Shown here: piece by piece, positions 61,216 to 64,000 of the stretch
How the letters are laid out: each line of letters starts with the position of its first letter
Numbering within the stretch: position 1 is the first letter of the stretch
Source: Pseudomonadota bacterium
GTDB lineage: Bacteria; Pseudomonadota; Gammaproteobacteria; Acidiferrobacterales; Acidiferrobacteraceae
Length of the DNA stretch: 64,000 nt
Direction of reading: 5' to 3'
NCBI GenBank assembly: GCA_021816425.1
Contig: JAKAXT010000002.1
Span: 1,512 to 65,511, forward strand
Position numbers and translations under genes: made by a program
Notes under the pieces: generated by a model
Told to the model about the DNA's origin: nothing
Database searches by the model: none
Seen by the model: the letters and a program-made list of their open reading frames with translations, nothing else

Positions 61216-62397
61216 ATGCCAACCGAACACTATCTCATGACGACCTACGGGCGACTTCCCGTCGCCTTCACGCGCGGCGAAGGGGCCTGGCTCTGGGATG
61301 AGGAAGGCCGTAAGTACCTGGACGGCCTCGCCGGCGTCGCCGTCAATGCCCTGGGGCACGCCCATCCGGCAATCGTCGAGGCGGTCTGCGCCCAATCCCG
61401 GCGCCTGATCCACGTCTCCAATTGGTACCAGAACCGTGAACAGGAGGCCCTCGGCCGGAAGCTGTGCGAGGTGGCGTCCATGGATCGGGCGTTCTTCGCG
61501 AACTCCGGGGCCGAGGCCAATGAGGCGGCGCTCAAGCTGGCGCGCCTGCACGGGCACCGCAAGGGCGTCGAGGCGCCGGCTGTGATCGTCATGGAAGGCA
61601 GCTTCCATGGGCGCACGCTGGGGACCCTGAGCGCCTCCGGGAGCCGCAAGGTCCAGGCCGGCTTCGAACCGCTGGTGCCAGGCTTCCGGCGCGTGCCGTT
61701 CAACGATCTCGGAGCCGTGCGCCAGGTGCGGGAACGGGACCAGACCGTAGTCGCCGTGCTCGTGGAGCCCGTCCTCGGAGAAGGCGGCATCCAGATCCCG
61801 GACGCGGGCTACCTGAAGGGTCTGCGCAAGATCTGCGACGAGGCGGGCTGGCTGCTCATCCTCGATGAAATCCAGACGGGCCTCTGCCGCAGCGGCTCGT
61901 GGTTCGCCTGGCAACAAGAAGAGGCGCGGCCGGACGTCATGACGGTGGCCAAGGCCCTGGGTAACGGCCTGCCGATCGGGGCGTGTCTCGCGCATGGCGC
62001 GGCCGCCGAGCTGTTTCATCCCGGGCAACACGGGTCGACGTTCGGCGGCAGCCCCCTGGTAACGGCCGTGGGGCTTGCGGTCGTCGAGACGCTCGAATCC
62101 ATGCGCGCCTGGGAACGGGCGGAGGCCCTGGGGGCGCGGCTGCTCGCCGACCTGCAGGGGCGGCTGCGCGATACCGCCGGCGTGAAGGCCGTGCGCGGCC
62201 GGGGGCTCCTTATCGGCATAGAGCTCGATCGCCCCGCGCAGCCCATCATGAAGCTCGCCTTGGACCGCGGCCTTCTGGTCAACGTCACCGTCGAGCGGGT
62301 CGTCCGCCTCCTGCCGCCGCTCATACTGAGCGACGGCGAGGCCGATCTCCTGGCGCAAGGGACGGCGGTCGCCATCCAGGAGTTCCTGGCGTCATGA
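61216..62397 (+). CDS. argD: Acetylornithine aminotransferase
   Basis: NSGAEANE, SFHGRT, DEIQTG, AKALGNG, HGSTFGG; precedes argF. Confidence 0.93.
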   Translation: MPTEHYLMTTYGRLPVAFTRGEGAWLWDEEGRKYLDGLAGVAVNALGHAHPAIVEAVCAQSRRLIHVSNWYQNREQEALGRKLCEVASMDRAFFANSGAEANEAALKLARLHGHRKGVEAPAVIVMEGSFHGRTLGTLSASGSRKVQAGFEPLVPGFRRVPFNDLGAVRQVRERDQTVVAVLVEPVLGEGGIQIPDAGYLKGLRKICDEAGWLLILDEIQTGLCRSGSWFAWQQEEARPDVMTVAKALGNGLPIGACLAHGAAAELFHPGQHGSTFGGSPLVTAVGLAVVETLESMRAWERAEALGARLLADLQGRLRDTAGVKAVRGRGLLIGIELDRPAQPIMKLALDRGLLVNVTVERVVRLLPPLILSDGEADLLAQGTAVAIQEFLAS

Positions 62398-63293
62398 CCA
62401 GGCACTTCCTGAGCCTCATGGATTGCACGCCCAAGGAGCTGCGCATGCTGGTCGAGCGCGCCGTGACGCTCAAGGCCATCCTGCGCAGGCGCGAACCCCA
62501 TGAATACCTGCGCGGCTCGAGCCTCGCCCTCATCTTCGAGAAATCCTCGACCCGCACGCGCGTGTCGTTCGAGGCCGGCATCACGCAACTCGGCGGCAAC
62601 AGCATGTTCCTCGCGCCCGCCGAGCTCCAGCTCGGACGGGGCGAACCGCTCGAGGACACGGCCCGGGTGATCTCGCGCATGGTCGACGCCATCGTCATTC
62701 GCACCCACGAGCACGCCAAGCTCGTGGCCTTCGCGGCCCATTCGCGGGTCCCGGTCATAAACGCCCTGACGGACCGGTTCCACCCCTGCCAGCTTTTGGC
62801 CGACATGCAGACCTACTTCGAGCATCGGGGCGACATCGCCGGCCGCACCGTGGCCTGGATCGGCGACGGCAACAACGTCTGCCAGTCCTGGATCAACGCC
62901 GCGCGGCAGTTCGGCTTTACGCTGCGCATCGCCACCCCGGCGGGCTACGGCCCGGATCCCGAAATCCTGAGCGCGGCAGGGGACGCGGCGCGCCCGGTCG
63001 CAAGCCCGCAGGAGGCCGCCACGGGCGCGGACCTCGTGGTGACGGACACCTGGGCGAGCATGGGACAGGAGGCGGAGAAGGAGGTGCGCGCCCGCGCCTT
63101 CCAGGGGTTCTGCGTCGACTCGCGCCTCATGGAGATCGCCGCCCCCGATGCGCTCTTCATGCATTGCCTGCCCGCCTACCGCGGGGTCGAGGTCGCCAGC
63201 GACGTCATAGATGGGCCGCGCAGCGTGGTCTGGGACGAGGCCGAAAACCGCCTCCACGCCCAGAAGGCGCTCCTGGAGTTTCTGCTCGCCTGA
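62394..63293 (+). CDS. argF: Ornithine carbamoyltransferase
   Basis: SSTRTR, HPCQ, GDGNN, WASMGQE, HCLP, AENR. Confidence 0.97.
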   Translation: MTRHFLSLMDCTPKELRMLVERAVTLKAILRRREPHEYLRGSSLALIFEKSSTRTRVSFEAGITQLGGNSMFLAPAELQLGRGEPLEDTARVISRMVDAIVIRTHEHAKLVAFAAHSRVPVINALTDRFHPCQLLADMQTYFEHRGDIAGRTVAWIGDGNNVCQSWINAARQFGFTLRIATPAGYGPDPEILSAAGDAARPVASPQEAATGADLVVTDTWASMGQEAEKEVRARAFQGFCVDSRLMEIAAPDALFMHCLPAYRGVEVASDVIDGPRSVVWDEAENRLHAQKALLEFLLA

Positions 63294-63314
63294 CGCCGCC
63301 CGGGGGGCCGGGCG

Positions 63315-64000
63315 CTATCTGCGGTAATCGAACAAGAGCCGCGGATAAGGCGCGCAGCGCCGGCAGAGGAAGGCGATCTGTCGGAAGAAGATGCGCGCCT
63401 GCCCCCATACCTCTTGCGCGATCGCGCTGTCGAAATGGCGGCCGGTCGGATTCGCGGCCTCCGGATCGATATTGTAGTAATGCACGATCAGGGGCTTGCC
63501 GTAGATCCGCATGCGGGCCTCGAAGTTCTGGAGATTCTTCAAGGGCGTGGTCTTCTGGAAGGCGATGAGCAGGACCTTCGACTTCAATTTACGCAGCAAA
63601 ACGCCTTTCGCCGACACCCCGCCGTCGCAGAGAACCGTCCCGGAGACGTCGGACGGATCCGCCGCGCTCGCCTGGATGGACTGGAGCGCCCCCGCCCGCC
63701 CCCAGCCGAAGGTCACGATCTTGCGGCCCGGCGCGCTCAAATAATGGAGCGCGGCACGCTCGCGGGCGATCGAGCGCCCGCGCGCGCGGGTGGGCGCGCT
63801 ACCGTCCTTGTGCTTGGACCCGAGCCCCATGGTGAGCACCCGGTAGCCCTGCGCGCCCACGCGGTCGGCCCACGCGAGCGTATGCTGGTCGAGGCCGGCC
63901 TTGCCGGGCAGCAGCAAAAGCCCGACGCGCGCCGAGGGCGGCCCGGTCCGGTACACCTCGAACCGGCGGCCGCTCTTGGTCGCGAGCTGCACGAACTTCC
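63315..64000 (-). CDS. Dienelactone-hydrolase-like alpha/beta protein, apparently degenerate; 5' end may lie beyond the window
   Basis: GLDQHTLAWADRVGAQGYRVL, FGWGRAG, ANPTGRHFD..AQEVW resemble the DLH scaffold. Confidence 0.6.
   Translation of the reverse strand, partial: KFVQLATKSGRRFEVYRTGPPSARVGLLLLPGKAGLDQHTLAWADRVGAQGYRVLTMGLGSKHKDGSAPTRARGRSIARERAALHYLSAPGRKIVTFGWGRAGALQSIQASAADPSDVSGTVLCDGGVSAKGVLLRKLKSKVLLIAFQKTTPLKNLQNFEARMRIYGKPLIVHYYNIDPEAANPTGRHFDSAIAQEVWGQARIFFRQIAFLCRRCAPYPRLLFDYRR

Overview
High-GC (roughly 70% by eye) gammaproteobacterial chromosome segment. Gene content (E2-E3 fused pyruvate dehydrogenase, Kdo hydroxylase, DsrE/DUF302 proteins, persulfide-dioxygenase-like operon) suggests an acidophilic sulfur/iron oxidiser of the Acidiferrobacter/Acidithiobacillus type; this is an inference. 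Most of the window is housekeeping: epmB-efp-epmA, aspartase/fumarase family, wrbA, hda, purMN, desA, rpmBG, radC, coaBC-dut-PMM, dcd-apbC-metG, rnfB-like/nth, argG, pdhA-pdhB-pdhC/lpd, M17 peptidase and argDF. Small accessory modules are interspersed. I saw no rRNA, tRNA, CRISPR array, transposase or prophage. The main observations are: (1) a 244-aa intein with a decayed homing endonuclease inserted in the active-site motif of dCTP deaminase; (2) an apparently autoregulated ECF sigma factor whose membrane anti-sigma is fused to a periplasmic DsrE-like cysteine domain, a candidate sulfur-sensing system; (3) a CruR/DUF2946-like upstream ORF with a RAPP-like (NAPP) motif in front of a heavy-metal RND pump; (4) a Bacillus-type ForCE non-canonical formate dehydrogenase splitting radC-rpmB; (5) structured leaders before argD and before a DUF2156-GNAT pair; and (6) several degenerate pseudo-enzymes (GGDEF, histidine kinase, QueC-like, dienelactone hydrolase). 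All family calls come from motif recognition by eye, not database searches.
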